From Piromyces finnis finn (taxonomy: Eukaryota > Fungi > Neocallimastigomycota): a DNA stretch of 64,000 nt. The translations under genes and the position numbers were made by a program. The notes beneath the pieces are model-generated. The model was not told the DNA's origin. It saw only the letters and a program-made list of their open reading frames with translations, and ran no database searches. Below are positions 37,923-52,865 of the stretch, one piece after another. Location: assembly GCA_002104945.1 (NCBI GenBank), contig MCFH01000002.1:930001-994000 (forward strand). Direction: 5' to 3'. How positions within the stretch are numbered: the first letter of the stretch is position 1; every line of letters starts with the position of its first letter.

Positions 37923-38008
37923 ATGTGGCTTGAATAAAATTATGTTTAAAACAACAATTTAGAAATGTGGCTGAAAATAGAACAATGTTTTAAACAAATA
38001 ATTTTAGA
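37923..38008 (+). promoter_or_regulatory. Degenerate tandem duplication of about 42 bp upstream of the RWDD2-like gene, each unit beginning ATGTGGCT
   Basis: atgtggcttgaataaaattatgtttaaaacaacaatttaga versus atgtggctgaaaatagaacaatgttttaaacaaataattttaga. A regulatory role is inferred. Confidence 0.5.
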
Positions 38009-38103
38009 TGATCTTGGATCAACATTATATAATTAAAATTTATACTAAAAAAGTAAATAAGATTCAATTTAAATTTTGGAATTGAAAAAAAAAAAAAAAA
38101 AAA

Positions 38104-39039
38104 ATGGAAGATTTAGAATTGAGTAGTTTTATTGAACAACAAGTAATGACATTTCAACTTTTAAATTCAATGTATTTAGAAGATGAATTTTCAATTGATA
38201 GCGAAAAAGATAATTTTATTGAATCATGTATAAATAATGAATTTGATATCAATGAAGTTTCAATAAATGACATTCCAAATAGTATATCATTTACTATTTC
38301 TATTAAAATAGAATGTTCAAAAGAAGAAATATTACCATTAAAATGTACTCTTCCACTTCGCTTAAGTGGTCCTATAAATGTTAAACAACTTGTTGAATTT
38401 TATATTGGTTCAGTGGATTGGATTAATAAGGATTCTCATCAAAATTTAACTCGTGATTTCGAACAACATGTTGAAGAACAAGATGATGATATGATGACTT
38501 CAGATACTTTAATTTTAGATTGTATTGAATGGCTTACAAATAATGGTCCAAATTATTATGTAAAAACAGATGATTCAAATTCAAAAGATAAAGCTAAAGC
38601 TGAACAAGGTCCTTTTGAATTTTTAAGAGAATGGATATATCTTCCAATGCTTTATTCAAAAGAAAAACGTGAAGATTTAATTACATATGCTAGACCATTT
38701 GGTTTATCTGGTTTTGTATCACCAGGAAAACCTGCATGTATTTGTATTGAAGGTCATGCTAAAGATATTCCAAAATATTTAAATGACATTCGTTCAATTT
38801 CATGGGCTGATATTCCACCTAGAGATAAAAAAATGAGTACAAGAGCTCAGGAAAGATTTACTTGTGAAACAATGGAAGAGTTTAATAATCATAGAAAATT
38901 TGACCCATTAGAAGAATGTCATTTTAAAATTCATGGTAAACGTTCAAATCATCAAAGTATGGATTTACTTGAACAATGGTTAATAGAAAAAAATTGTCCA
39001 AATGCATTCCATGATTTATTCCCAGATTTAAATAAATAA
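38104..39039 (+). CDS. RWD domain-containing protein 2-like (N-terminal RWD, C-terminal DUF1115-like); intronless
   Basis: 311 aa. The segment REWIYLPMLYSKEKREDLITYARPFGLSGFVSPGKPACICIEG is typical of the RWDD2 C-terminal domain. Confidence 0.8.
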   Translation: MEDLELSSFIEQQVMTFQLLNSMYLEDEFSIDSEKDNFIESCINNEFDINEVSINDIPNSISFTISIKIECSKEEILPLKCTLPLRLSGPINVKQLVEFYIGSVDWINKDSHQNLTRDFEQHVEEQDDDMMTSDTLILDCIEWLTNNGPNYYVKTDDSNSKDKAKAEQGPFEFLREWIYLPMLYSKEKREDLITYARPFGLSGFVSPGKPACICIEGHAKDIPKYLNDIRSISWADIPPRDKKMSTRAQERFTCETMEEFNNHRKFDPLEECHFKIHGKRSNHQSMDLLEQWLIEKNCPNAFHDLFPDLNK

Positions 39040-39773
39040 TTCTTTTTATTTTATTTTATATATATATATATTTAAAAAAAAAAAAGATTTAGTAAATATA
39101 AAATATATGAAATTTAAAAACAAAAAACAAAAAACAAATTCAACTTCTTCATATAAAATAACAACAACAACGAAAAAAAAAAAAAAAAAGTCTTTTATTA
39201 TTTAAATATTTTTATTATAAATTATGTATTACTAATAAATTGGTCTATTATACAATCGACTATTACTATACTTTTATTATTACTATTGTTATAATAATTA
39301 TAAAAATGAAGTACAATAAAATTTTTTTAAACACATTATATTCAAAATATTTATAAAAAAATTTTTTTTTTTTTTTGAATTTTAATATTTTTTATTTTAA
39401 AATTTCTATCTATATTATTTTTATTTTTATTTATTTTTTTTTTATTTTATATTAATTGTTAATTATGAGAGTCATTAAAACTATATATAAAAAAACAGAG
39501 TAAACATTGTTTTAAAAACTTACACTTTTATTTTTTTTATTTTTTTATTATTTAATTGATTATGATATTAGTATTAATCTACTTAATATTTTTATCAATT
39601 TAATATATTCTATTTTCTTTTATATATTTTAGTATGAATTATAATGAATTTTATGGATTATTATTATTTTTTATTTCTTGTTTATTTTTTTTTTTTTTTA
39701 ATTTTTTTTTCTTTTGAATTAAATGTTGATATATTATTAAGAATTATGTAATATGTTATTAAAAATGTTTTTC

Positions 39774-39823
<50 letters not shown>
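39774..39823. repeat. (TTA)n microsatellite
   Basis: Direct reading; downstream of the SEC27 stop codon. Confidence 0.9.
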
Positions 39824-39935
39824 TTGCTATTGCTTTATTATATTTTATATCTAGTATTGAAGTAAAATAATTATATGCATTTAAATGGTTAAATATAATA
39901 TGAAAAAAAAAATTTATTCATTATTTGTAATATTT

Positions 39936-42900
39936 TTAAGCTTCATTTTGCTCTTCATTTTTTTCTTCATTTTCTTCTTCATTATTATCTTCAGTGTTTA
40001 CAACTTCTTCTTTTTCTTCTTCTTCATAACTTTCATTTTTTTCTTCCTTGTTTTCTATATTTATTTCTTCTTTTTCTTCCATATCTTGTTGATGGTCATT
40101 TATATCACTTACACCACTTTGACTGAAACAGTCTGCCATGGATGAGATATCATCAAATTCTTCACCCTATAAAATTTATAATAATAGTTTTAATTTTGTT
40201 AATAATCATTTAAATATAATATATTATTATTATATATAATATTTAAATATTTACTCTTACAGAGCCAGTACCAGTGGTATTGACTTCCATACTTAAATAG
40301 CTCATTGTATCAAACTAATTGGTATGGTATATAAAAATATAGAGTTTATTATTTAATTTCTATTATGGTATTGCTTTAATTACATATTATATATATAGTT
40401 AACATATTTTACATCATCTACTGGTTGTGCTGGATTTCCTTCTGGTTGATGATTTTGTGCTTTATCATTTACAACAATTTCGGGTGTATTAGCAAAGGAG
40501 ACGGCATGAGATAGATGGCTTTGAGAGTCTGTGTCAGAAACATCATTAGTATTATTCTTTTTATTTTCTTCAGTTAATTGATTAATAAGTACAAGTTTTT
40601 CTTTATCATTCATTAAATCCCAAGTTAAAGAATCCTTATATTTTTCATATTCTATGGATGGTATACTAACATTTTCTTTGAATTTTTGTATTAAATCTTC
40701 AATCTTACAAGCAACTTCATATTCTGGATGAAGTTCTGGATTCTTGCTTGGATTAGAAATACTTTCGGCTATAACATTTTTCTTAATTTCTTTGAGACTT
40801 GTTTTCCATAATTCAACAATTCTTGGAACTTCACTGTAATATAATTAAAATTTTATTTAAATTTTATCATTTGTCAAGAAACGAAAAATATAAATTTAAG
40901 ATAAACTATATTTATAATATTTATAATTATATTTTTACCTTGGACAATAAGTTTTGGCAAATAATACAGCTTCTGGTAATCTTTCAGATTTTATTAAGAG
41001 ATCAACACACTTTTTAGTATCTTGACATAATAAATAACAAGTGAAAGCAATATTGTTCTTTCCAGATTTTTCTTTTTAATTTTTGAGAAATATATTAATT
41101 ATTTAATATTAATTCTTAGTTTAAAAAATGAAACAAATTATTTTTGAAAGTTAAAATAATTAAATTATTTATATATACCAGTATTATAAGCAAGTTTATA
41201 TAATGCTTTTTTATTTCCTGTGGCTTGATAGAATAACATGAGATTCTCAATATCTTTGGCCTTTTGGAAGCATTCCTCAACTAAATCAAACTATATAAAC
41301 ATAATTGTATGTATATTCATTTTTTATTAGCTCAATATTTCTATTAGCTTTACTAATTAATAGATTTTATATATTATTTCTTAAAAATCACCTTCCATGA
41401 ACTTAAAGCAGATTCACCGAGAGTTCTCCAACATTCGACTTGGTCTAATTCTTTAGCAATTTCTAAAGCAATATTTAAATGATTTAATTGAATAGCTAAA
41501 TCGAATCTTTGATTTGGATCAGTAGAGACAATTAAAGCCATTTCCTTCATGTCTAAAATAGTAATTATAATAATTATTTGTCATTATTTAAACATAAATA
41601 TTATGGTGAATTGATTAAATGGTGATATTATAAATTTCAATTACCTTGAGATTCAAGGAATCTAGCAACCTTATTTCTTTGATCCATTGGAACTTTAGGT
41701 AATATTAATTCAGCAGCTTCTAAATCACCACGTAAAATTGCAGTTTGATATTCAATTACACTTAATGGGAAAGCGTAACTAGTTACATTAACATACTGTT
41801 CATATAATTTTTAAAAATTTATTAGATTGAGGTGCATATGATATTTAATTAATATTTTTAAATTACCTTATCACAAAGATATATTCTATTATCCTTTGGA
41901 ATATAACCAAGTAAATAGACGTTCCTTTTTAATTTATTAATATAAATAAGAGTAAGATATTTATTTTAACATTTAATTTGAAATATTAAAAGATAGTTAT
42001 TTATACTATTTGAAATTTACTTATCAAAATGACTAATTGTATTAACTTGACCACCAACAACATAATTTAATCTATTTGTAGAATTTGTGTATATGAAACA
42101 ATCACCAACCCATAAACCAGTTTCAACGCTGATAATATAATATTACAAAAAAATTTTTTTAATTAGTTAAATTTTATAATATTCATTTATATATTTTTAT
42201 TTATTTATTTGTACCTTTCGTTAACTTCATTTAAAAATTCGAAAGCTTCTTCAATTCCTTCTTCTGATATATTTGAATCATACTTTTCAATAGCTTGTTG
42301 ATAAGCAATTCTGTTGAAACGTAAAAGATAGAAAGAATCGTCACTGGTAATAGCAACTAAATCTGAATCTGCCCAGAATACATTCTTAGCTTCAACTTCA
42401 ATACGACGTATACAAATTCCGGTTTCCCAATCATAAAAGTTTAATGAATTACCACATTTAACACTAAGTAATGTTCCACCAAAAATAGTATCAATGTTGA
42501 AATTAGCTTGAATATTAACTTTTTTTTCTTTGAAATTTTTGAATATTTTTATCTTTGTTGGGGTTTCACGAATAGCATATCTATAATTGTTTACATTGTT
42601 GATATTTTAATTATAAAATATTTTAAAAATATTGTATTATATTATATATTATATAATATATATATTAATAAATATTCGTCTTACTCGTTGTTTTCAGATG
42701 ACCATACGAAATCTAATGCAGAACCAAAACTCTTATTTCTCCATGCTAATGCAGTGTAAATAATATATTCACCATCACCACAAACAACAACAAATCTAAT
42801 AATATATATATATAAGTTAATATTTATATTCAGATACCAATTTGTATTAGTTAATTACACTATGGCTAATTTACCTTCCGTTTGGACTGTGCTTTAAGGT

Positions 42901-44916
42901 ATTTGGATAAAGTTCACAGTTACCAAGATCTTTAACGGATAAACTAACTTGTTCACCATCTTTAATATTACTTTCTATGAAATTAATAATATTTACAATA
43001 ATTGTTTTAAAAAATGATAACATTGAATATTATATTTAAGTTTATTTTAATTATTACCAATTGCTGTCTTAATATTAGCGGTTTGAATATCATTATGACT
43101 AGCCCAAATAATTTTACCGCTATTATCCATACTAATTGCTGGCTCTTCTCTACCAATCTTTAATAACATAATTTATTAATTTTATATTTTAAAATTTTAA
43201 ATTTGATTATTTAGTAATTAAATAATTAGTATACCTTTATACATATAACACCTTCATCATAACCAATTGCTATATTATTACTACTTTTTAAATATGCTAA
43301 TGCCCAAACACGTTCCATACCATAGTTCAACGTTTCTTCTAATCTATAAGTATTTACATGCCAGAAACGAATTGTTCCATCTTCACCACCACTAACAATA
43401 ATTGGTAATTTTGGATGGAAACATACCATACTAACATTTTCGGTGTGACCTTCTAAAGTTTGAACACATGTTTTATTTTGATAATCCCAAACCTTAATAA
43501 GACTTTTAAATTAAAAATATTATTTTAATTTAGTTATATTTAATAAAATATTTTATATAACAATTAATTATATATATTCATTGAATTAATTATTTTAATA
43601 TAAATTATTAAAACTTACTGATCATCAGCACCACTAACAAGATATGGTTTTTCACTACCTTGATAATATTCAACACAATTTACACCCTTTTCGTGACCTT
43701 CAAGAGTATAATTTGCAACTGGTGAACCTAAAGACCATACCTTTTTTTAAAAATTTTATAATTTATATAATTAATCTTTAAAATCAAATCATGTCTTTTG
43801 TTTATATATATAATATTACTTTAATTGTACGATCAAGAGATGCACTAGCAAAAGTATTTGTATCTTTTGGATTAAATACAACTTGCATAATATAATGTGT
43901 GTGGCCTTCAAAAACCTTTATTTATTTTTTGATTAATATTATAAAAATAATTAAAATTATTGAAAATTATTATTTCATTAATATCATTTTTTTTCTTTTC
44001 TTCTTTTTATTATTGTTAATGCTTGATTGCTAATATTTTTACCATTATATTTTTCCATGCATGCTCCCAATCCCATAATTTAATGGTGAAATCATCAGAA
44101 CTACTAAGAACATATGGTTGAGTTGGATGAACGGCAATACTTCTAATATAGTCTGCATGTGCTTCAAAACCTATGACTTTTTCATGTGTATTGTAATTAA
44201 ATACTCTAATATTCATATCATCAGAACCTGTTATGATCCATGATTTTCTTGAAACAAATTTTGCGGTACGAACTTTACGATTTTCAATTATATATCATTG
44301 AAATTTTATTTTATTTATTAATTTAATTTGTATTAAAAGATTTATTATATTAAATATTAAAAAAAGAATATTATTTAAAATCTTAATTTTATGCAATTAC
44401 CTGGTAATTCAGAAACTTCAAATGTTTTAACCATTTGCTGTAAATTGTTAATACATTGTATTATTTTTCATATAATATATTTGTTAAATGAATAAATTTA
44501 TCAATTATTATAATCGCTATCAAAATGTATTCTTAAATAAAAATAAATATTGATAATTTAACAATTACTTGAGTTTCATAATTCCAAATGTACACATTTC
44601 CATTATATAATGCTGATAAAAGCCATGGCTCAGTTGGGTGAAAATCAACAGATTTAACTCTATCAGATCTTGAGATTAATTGCCTCTATTTGATATTATA
44701 TATTTAAGATATTTAGTATAACATTCTATTGTTATTATTATTGTTATTATTATTATTTTATTATTGTTTTTATTATCCATAGCAAACCTTAATATCTAAT
44801 CTTAATGGCTAATTTGTTTTTTCAATAAATATTAATATAATTATAGGGAATAAATAATTAAATTAATAAATACTTAAATGTATAGTAAGTAATATTTATT
44901 TGATATATTTTACCAT
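39936..44916 (-). CDS. SEC27: Coatomer subunit beta-prime (COPI), about 21 exons
   Basis: The assembled N-terminus is M|PLRLDIK|[31 protein letters not shown]40 repeats follow ([26 protein letters not shown]), then [17 protein letters not shown] and YQTAILRGD, and an acidic tail. The last junctions are approximate. Confidence 0.95.
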
Positions 44917-45844
44917 TTTATATATATGATATTATGATATTATATAATAATTTACAGCCTTTTGAAATTCTAATGTTTTTATAATAAAATTATTGTATAG
45001 TTAAACATTATATTTAAAAATATTATTATTGATATTATAAAACTTTCGATTTATAATCATATTAATTTATTTATATTTGTATATATGTTTATTGAGATGT
45101 TTTTTTTTTGACATAATACAATTTCATTTATTATTACGTGATTTCCAAATAATGAATATTTATATAATATTACTTCCTTTCATTTTTTCTCTTTATTTTA
45201 TGTATTGAATTTTATTTATCATATTCATATTCATATTTCTTATATTTATTAAATTTTTTTTTCTTATTTTTAATGCTTTAAGTATTAAAGTGTTTTACTT
45301 CTTATTTATTTTCTCTTTCTCTTTTTATACTAATAAACAAAAAAAAAAGTACAGATGGATTATTTACTTTGATAATATTTTTTATTTTTTCCAGAATTTT
45401 CAATTATATTGAAATAATGTTTTTATTTTTATCCAAAAATGTTTCAAAAGGTATTATTAATAAAACAAAAATTAACAAACTCAATTGTTCAATCTTTCGT
45501 TATTAATTTTAAACTTTCAACTTTTAAGAAAAAATAAAAAATTAAAATACAAACAAAACAAAAAATTTTCAATTTTTTATTTAATAAATTATAAGATTAC
45601 ACTGATTTATTAAAATAATTAATACACAGTAGTAAGTATTATATATTAAAATTTATTTACAATTCAACAAATGTAAAAAATGATAATAAATTAAATTTAA
45701 ATATTATTTTGAATTAAAATAAATAATTTATATTTATTTATTGAAAATAAAAATAAAGATTTCAAAAAAGAAATTTACAAAATAATAATATTTATAATAA
45801 AATCTTTCAAAAATTTTATTCTTAAAATATAAATAAATATAAAA

Positions 45845-46797
45845 ATGTCTTTAACAGCTGCTTTAAATACTTTAACAAAAATAAGTTGTGTTGCAATTAT
45901 TGGAAAGATGGTATATCATCTCTAAAATTATAATAATAAACTTTTTTTTAACTTATTAATAAATGAAATTTTACATTATATAATATATTCATTAAAATAA
46001 ATAATTAATAAATGTAATTATTAACGACTTTAAAATCAATAATATAAGAACAATCCAATGTTTATCAAAAATTATTCCAATGAAGTAGATGAATTGAAAT
46101 TTCATTATTTAGCCAACATTTCATGTGATTTAATAGAAGCTAAAAGTAAACTAATATATAAATAAATATAAATGTATATTTTTTAATTATAATACAATTA
46201 ATAATTTTTATTTTAATCTTTTTGTTACTATTACTATCATTTATTATTATATTCATAAAATTATTTAAATATTGTTTTTTCAATTTAATATATATATAAA
46301 CATAATTTCTTAAAAAAATAATAATAATAAATAAATAAACAAAATTATTATTTTTAATTCTAATATTCCTTATTTAAATAAATAAAGTAAATCAAACTAA
46401 ATATAATGATTCATATCTTGGTTTATTATATATTATGGAAGATCTTGCTGTATATGGATATTTAACTAATACCAAAATGAAGATTATTATAATTCTTACT
46501 ATATCAATCAATCCAGTAAAAGATATGGAAATGAAACAAGTAAATTGAAAACAAAAAAAATCTTTATATATTTATTTGTTTATTTTTTTAATATGGAAAA
46601 TTAAATATATTTTAAAATTTATTGTTATTTCTCTTAATAACTAGATATTTAAAAAAGTACATGGTGTTTATAGTAATTTAATTTCAAATCCATTTTATGA
46701 CCCAGATTCAAGAAATACTATTACTTCAACTTCATTCATTAAAGGTGTTGACAAAATAGTAAACACAAGTTTCCAAAATGATGTTTCATATTCTTAG
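45845..46797 (+). CDS. TRAPPC2L: TRAPP complex subunit 2-like (sedlin family); exons 45845-45910, 46049-46145, 46388-46539, 46645-46797
   Basis: The spliced frame gives ISCVAIIGKMNNPMFI...YLGLLYIMEDLAVYGYLTNTKMKIII...VYSNLISNPFYDP. Absent from the ORF track. Confidence 0.88.
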
Positions 46798-47129
46798 ATA
46801 CAAAATAACAAAATTATTATAAGATTAATTATAGAATTCAATTTTATATTTTTTTAAAATATATATATTATAAATATATTTAAATTAAATAACAAAAACA
46901 AAAAATAAAAAAATTAAATAAAATTAAATAAAAAGAAAAACAGTATGATAAAATAAAATAAGAGATAATAATTATAATATGAATATACAAAATTAACCGA
47001 TATAATAAATATTATTAATATAAAATTGTACTCATTAAAAACTATATTTTATTTGGAATAAAATTTATACATTATATAAGCAATATGCAAGATTTATTAT
47101 CTTGCATAAAAATACTTTAATGAAGTATT

Positions 47130-47163
<34 letters not shown>

Positions 47164-47459
47164 CAATTCTTTTAGAGTATATACTTTGTTTAAAAAGTTT
47201 TTTCATTTTAAATTTTATTAATTATATTTTTAATCTAACTTTTAAATTGAGAATACAAAACATTGTAATATATAAATAAAAAAGAAATAATAATAATAAT
47301 TTATTAAATATATTAATAATTGAAAATAACAATTATTGTATTATCATATTATACTCTTTAGTTTTAGAATACTTATTTTTAAAAAAAATTAAATTTTTTT
47401 AGTAAAGAAACTTTTCAAAAACTCAAGCTTTTTTATCTTTTTATAATGATGAATCGTAC

Positions 47460-47928
47460 TTAATTCAAATCTTCCTTTAACTCCCAAGAACCTGTTCCAT
47501 TCCATGGATTACTATATACAGCAAAAATGAATGATAAAGGAACTGGTCTTTTTATAATAAAATTAAAATAATAATGAAATTAAAATAATAACAATAATAT
47601 TAAAATTATATATATATTTTTAATAACATTACCTAACGAATTTTTTACGAGCATGTCCTACTAAATTATCATGAATATGTGGTAGTTGAAAATTTGGAAT
47701 ATTTCGAACTGTTGGATGATTTTTATATTCTTTAAGAGAATTACCGTTAGAGTTATATGGTTTATGGCCTTAATAATTTTATAGATAATTATTAATAAAT
47801 TTTTATTAAAAATAAATTGGATACATTTATTCTATAATTATTTAAATTCAATTTTCCATACCTTTGGTCCATTCTTTACGTCTTTCAACCCATAGTTCAT
47901 ATCCTTCATTAACATTTAATCCATTCAT
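47460..47928 (-). CDS. Small Gag1-like clamp (DUF4050-like) protein, 96 aa; exons 47928-47862, 47768-47633, 47547-47460
   Basis: The spliced ORF is 291 nt: NEGYELWVERRKEWTKG...HDNLV...RPVPLSFII...WNGTGSW. This fits the G-x2-LW-x2-RR-x2-W / P-x-PL / W-x2-xG-x-W pattern of that family. Confidence 0.65.
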
Positions 47929-49930
47929 ATTTATTTTATATAATTTTCTTTCAAATGTTGCTATTATAATAGTTAAATAATTGTAGTTTTAATTTAATTT
48001 TTTATAAAGTTAAATACTGAATACTTTATTATATGTGTTATTTCTTGCTTTTTTTTTTTTTTTTTGTATATGTATTTTATATTTTATAATATATATTATT
48101 TTTTATTTGTTAATATTAAACATGCTATATTTAGTTCTTTATTATTTATATTATATAATATTTTTTTATTATCAAAAAATAGATAATAAAAATGAATTAT
48201 AAAAGAAAAAAGTTGAATTAATATAGAATCATAGAATTGTTTTGTATTTCATAAGAACAAAAGTATACAATATACATTTTAAATTTTAAACTATACTTTA
48301 AAATTTATAAAATTATTTTTTCATAATTTAGTATATTATTTATTCTTAAATATTATTTAGTGGTTTATTTTTCAATGAATTATTTTGAATAATAATGAAA
48401 TTAGATATAAAAAAATTTTAAACAAAAATGTAAAATGAATGTTTCATTTTTATATTATTTTTTATTTTATTTTTGATATTAATATTATTTAATATTTGAA
48501 CATAGACACCTTTTATTTTTATTTTTTATTTGTTTTCTTGTTATAGTTTTCTTTTAATAAATTGTTTTTGCTATTGACCATTAAATTAAAACCATATTGT
48601 ACTCAATTTCATTTTTTATGTTGAATGTATATATATCTTTTATTATTTATACTATATATCTTCTATATTTTTATTATATAATTGCACTTATATAATGAAA
48701 TAGATTATTATTTTAATTATATATTATAAATACTAATTCTTGAAAAAATATAAAAATAAAGAACTTTTTTTTTTTTTTCATGTTAGTCTTTTTACTTTTT
48801 TTTTTTAATTTATTTATACTTTTATTAATTAAATTAATTATTATTTTTAAACTTTAATTTTCTTTTGCTATATAAATAATTATACAGAAATAGTTCATTA
48901 GAAAGAAATTTTAATAATAATTCAATACCATATTTAATTATATATATAATTACAACAAAAAAAGGTATATTAAAAAAATTGATATAATTAAGATTATAAG
49001 ATTATATTACAAATGTATGATAATATTCAACAGTATTTTATTATATAAAAGTTATAAAAAAAAAAAAAAAGATTTTTATATATTAAAATTATGTAATTAT
49101 TAAAATATGGAAAGTTTTATATTTACGTTTTTTTATATTATAAAATATTGAAAGATAAAAAAATTAAAATAATTTTAATTGTTAATTATACCTTTTTATC
49201 ATTTAATAATAATAATTATAATAACTATAATGTCATTATCCTATGATGCATTATAATTATTTACACTATTTAATATAAATTCTAAATATATATCCATATT
49301 CAAATATTGTTAAAAATTCTATATTTCATATTTAACATATGCAAAATTAAAAACAAATACAAAAGCAATTATTAAGAATTTGTATATCTATATAACATTA
49401 TTATTATAAATGCTTATTTTTTTATGATAATAGATCTTGTTACTAGAGGAAATGAGAAAGAATATAGTAATAAATAATATAAGCATAAATATTATTATAT
49501 ACTATAATTATTTTTAATGGTTTAAACACACTATTATTTAACTATTTATCTTCAAGATTTAATAGAAATAAAATTTATAAAAATTTATTAACCACTTGCA
49601 ATGTACTACATTAATATAATTATAGAAATGAATTTTATTGGTTAATCAATATAATATTTTTTATTATAATAAAATAAAAAAAAAAAAAAAAGAGATAAAT
49701 TATAAATGTAATTTATATTTAAACTATAATATTTAAAGAAAGAAATCTTTACATATATATTAATACAGTAATAAAAAATATAAATAATAATTTATTAATA
49801 CTCTATAAAATTAAAACAAAATAAATAGAATATCGATAATAATAATATTTTTTTAATTATTTAATAAATAAATAAACATCCATCTATATAATATATATTA
49901 ATTATTTAATAAACTTACCATCAGTAAATC

Positions 49931-52403
49931 ATGTTTTCAGCAAAATTAAAGGTTGAATCTGTCAATGAATTCCAAGCTGTTATTCTTGCAGGTTATGGTA
50001 ACAGGTTACTATTGAACAATATAATAAATAATTATCAAATCTAAATACTATTTAGAAAATTTATAATGGGTTTTTTTTTTAATATTTATTATATTTATAA
50101 ATAATTACAATAAATTATGAAATAAATATAAAAAAAAAAATTAAATAAACAATAAGAATGTACCCATTAACTGAAGAAAACTCATTACCAAAGGCTCTTC
50201 TTCCAGTTGCTAACAAACCATTACTTTACTATCAATTACAATGGCTTACAAAAGCAGGAATTCAAGGTATAAAATATATCGACATGAAATTTCAAGTGAT
50301 TTCTGAAAGAATTAAAATTTTAAAAAATAGAATTAAGCATAATCTTTAAAAAAAAAATAAATGTTTAATATATATTTTTTCCATTTATAATGAAGATGTT
50401 ATTGTAACTTGTCACAAAGATATTGCCCAAAAAATCAACGTCTATTTAAATTCAGAATATGATGTATTTAACGAAATTAAAGTTGAAGTTGTTGCCATTA
50501 ATGATTACGTTGGTACTGCTGATGCTTTAAGATATTTAAAGGAAAAAGATAAATTAAAAGTATATATTAAATTTCATTATAAAAATATTTAACAGAATTT
50601 TAAATTTCAGTAAAATTTAATTACATATTTTTTGGCATATTTTTATTCACATCCATAAAAATTTTATATTTTTTATTTAATAAAAAAAAAAAAAAAAAGC
50701 AAATGGATTTAGTCGTTATCAGTTGTGATCTTGTTACTGATATGCCACCACATCATATATTAGATGTTCACCGTGTAGTTAATCCATCTATGACAGCTTT
50801 ATATTACGAAGATCCAAAAGCTGACGCTGAAAAAACAACAAAGGAAATGGGTAAATTCATTAAATCATCATAATCATTATTAATTATATTAAGCAAGACA
50901 TTCTTATTAAATTTATGAAATTATAATTTATGAAATTTAATGAAATTATAATAATAAAGATTCTCCTGATTACATTGGTATCGATCCAAATCGTTCACAA
51001 TTAGTATATGTCGCTTCCAAAACTGATTACAGTTCAGAATTACCATTCAGAATGAGTTTATTACAAAAGTAAATTAATAAATTATTTTAAATATTATTGA
51101 TATATGATTTATTTTAATAATATAAATGATTATTAAATGGCGATTTTAAATTTTAAAATATTATTGCTATTATATTTATATTTTGAAATAAATTAAATCA
51201 AACATAAATAGATTCCCAGTTATAAATTTCTACACTCAATTAAGAGATGCTCATCTTTATATATTTAAACAATGGGTTTTCGATATGCTTCTCCAAAAGA
51301 AAAATATTAGTAGTCTTCGTAGTGAATTAGTACCATTATTGGTTAAATGTCAATCAGCTAGTTCAGAATGGTTAGAAAAGGAAGGAATTGATAAATGTAA
51401 GTAAAAATACAAAAAATATAGAAATTGTTCTTTATACATATTATAATTATACTATACTATATCAACAATAAAATCTAGACGATTTAGTTTATTTTACTTA
51501 AATGATTTTTAAATGATTAATATTTATAAATATTTATATATAATATCAAATATTTTTAATAACTTGTTTTATTTATTTTAAAATAAATATTTATTGATTA
51601 AATACAATTTATGTTAAAAATGATATTTCTGGAAAATATATAATAAACCATTATAGTTATTCAAAGTTCTTCACCTATTGCATCTTCAGCTCCAACTACT
51701 CCATTATCACCAAATAACACATCTCATGATGAAACCAAAAACACTCCAATATGTACTGCTATTGTTTGCAATGCAAGTTATTGTAGTCGTGCCAATACTC
51801 TTCCAACCTATGCTGAAATTAATAGATATATGACTCGTCAATCAACTGAACAACGTATTCCAGATAGTGCTGAAGTTAGTCCAAAAACTCAAGTTGGTCC
51901 AGATTCACTTGTTGGTGATAGTTCAAAGATTGGTGAAAGATGTTCTATTAAGAAGTCTGTTATTGGTAGTCACTGTGTTATTGGACGCAATGTTAAAATT
52001 ATTGGTTCAGTTATTATGGATTACATTGTTATAGAGGATAAGTAAGATCATCTTATATAACTATTTCATAGAATTCTAAATATATTATTTATAATTTAAT
52101 ATTAATTTTATTAACAATCAAATAAATATTTATTTGAATAAAAAAAAAAACAGTGTAAAATTAGAAAACTGTATTGTTTGTAATAATGGTAAGGTTTTAG
52201 AAAAATGTCACTTAATTAATTGTGAAGTTGCAGCTAACTTTGTTGTTCCAAAGAACAGTAAGTTCTATACAAAAATTTTATAATATTTACTAATAATTTT
52301 TATAAATTATTTATTAATTAAATAAATATTAAAATAATAAATAACAGCACAAACCAAGAATGAACAATTTGTTGAATTCAGAGAATTAGACAAGGACTTT
52401 TAA
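49931..52403 (+). CDS. GCD1: Translation initiation factor eIF2B gamma subunit, about 9 exons
   Basis: FQAVILAGYGNR|MYPLTEENSLPKALLPVANKPLLYYQLQWL, LRDAHLYIFKQWV, RANTLPTYAEINR and the hexapeptide region VGPDSLVGDSSKIGERCSIKKSVIG match eIF2B-gamma (EIF2B3). Confidence 0.9.
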
Positions 52404-52829
52404 ATATGCAAGGTTTATTAATAAAAATGTTACATTAGAAGATTTAAACAACGAATAAATGATATAAATAAAAAACATTCCTTATTTATTTATCACTATA
52501 ATAATAATAATAAAAAAAATTATACAATATAATTTAATAATAAACTCTTTTTTTTTTAAATAAAATAAAATAAAATAAAATAAAAAACTACATTACACAT
52601 AATAAATAAACAAAAACTAAAATTTAGAATATATTAATTATTACTTATTTTTAATTTCTTTAAATAAATAAAAAAAAAAAATATTAAAAAAAAAAAAAAA
52701 TATTAAAATGATTTTCACTCGAGTTGTAAAATAAATATAATATTAATTAATATTTCTACTATTAATGTTATAGTATAAAACTATTTAAATGAAGATGTAC
52801 AAATTTTATTATTATATATAAAAGATAGA

Positions 52830-52865
<36 letters not shown>

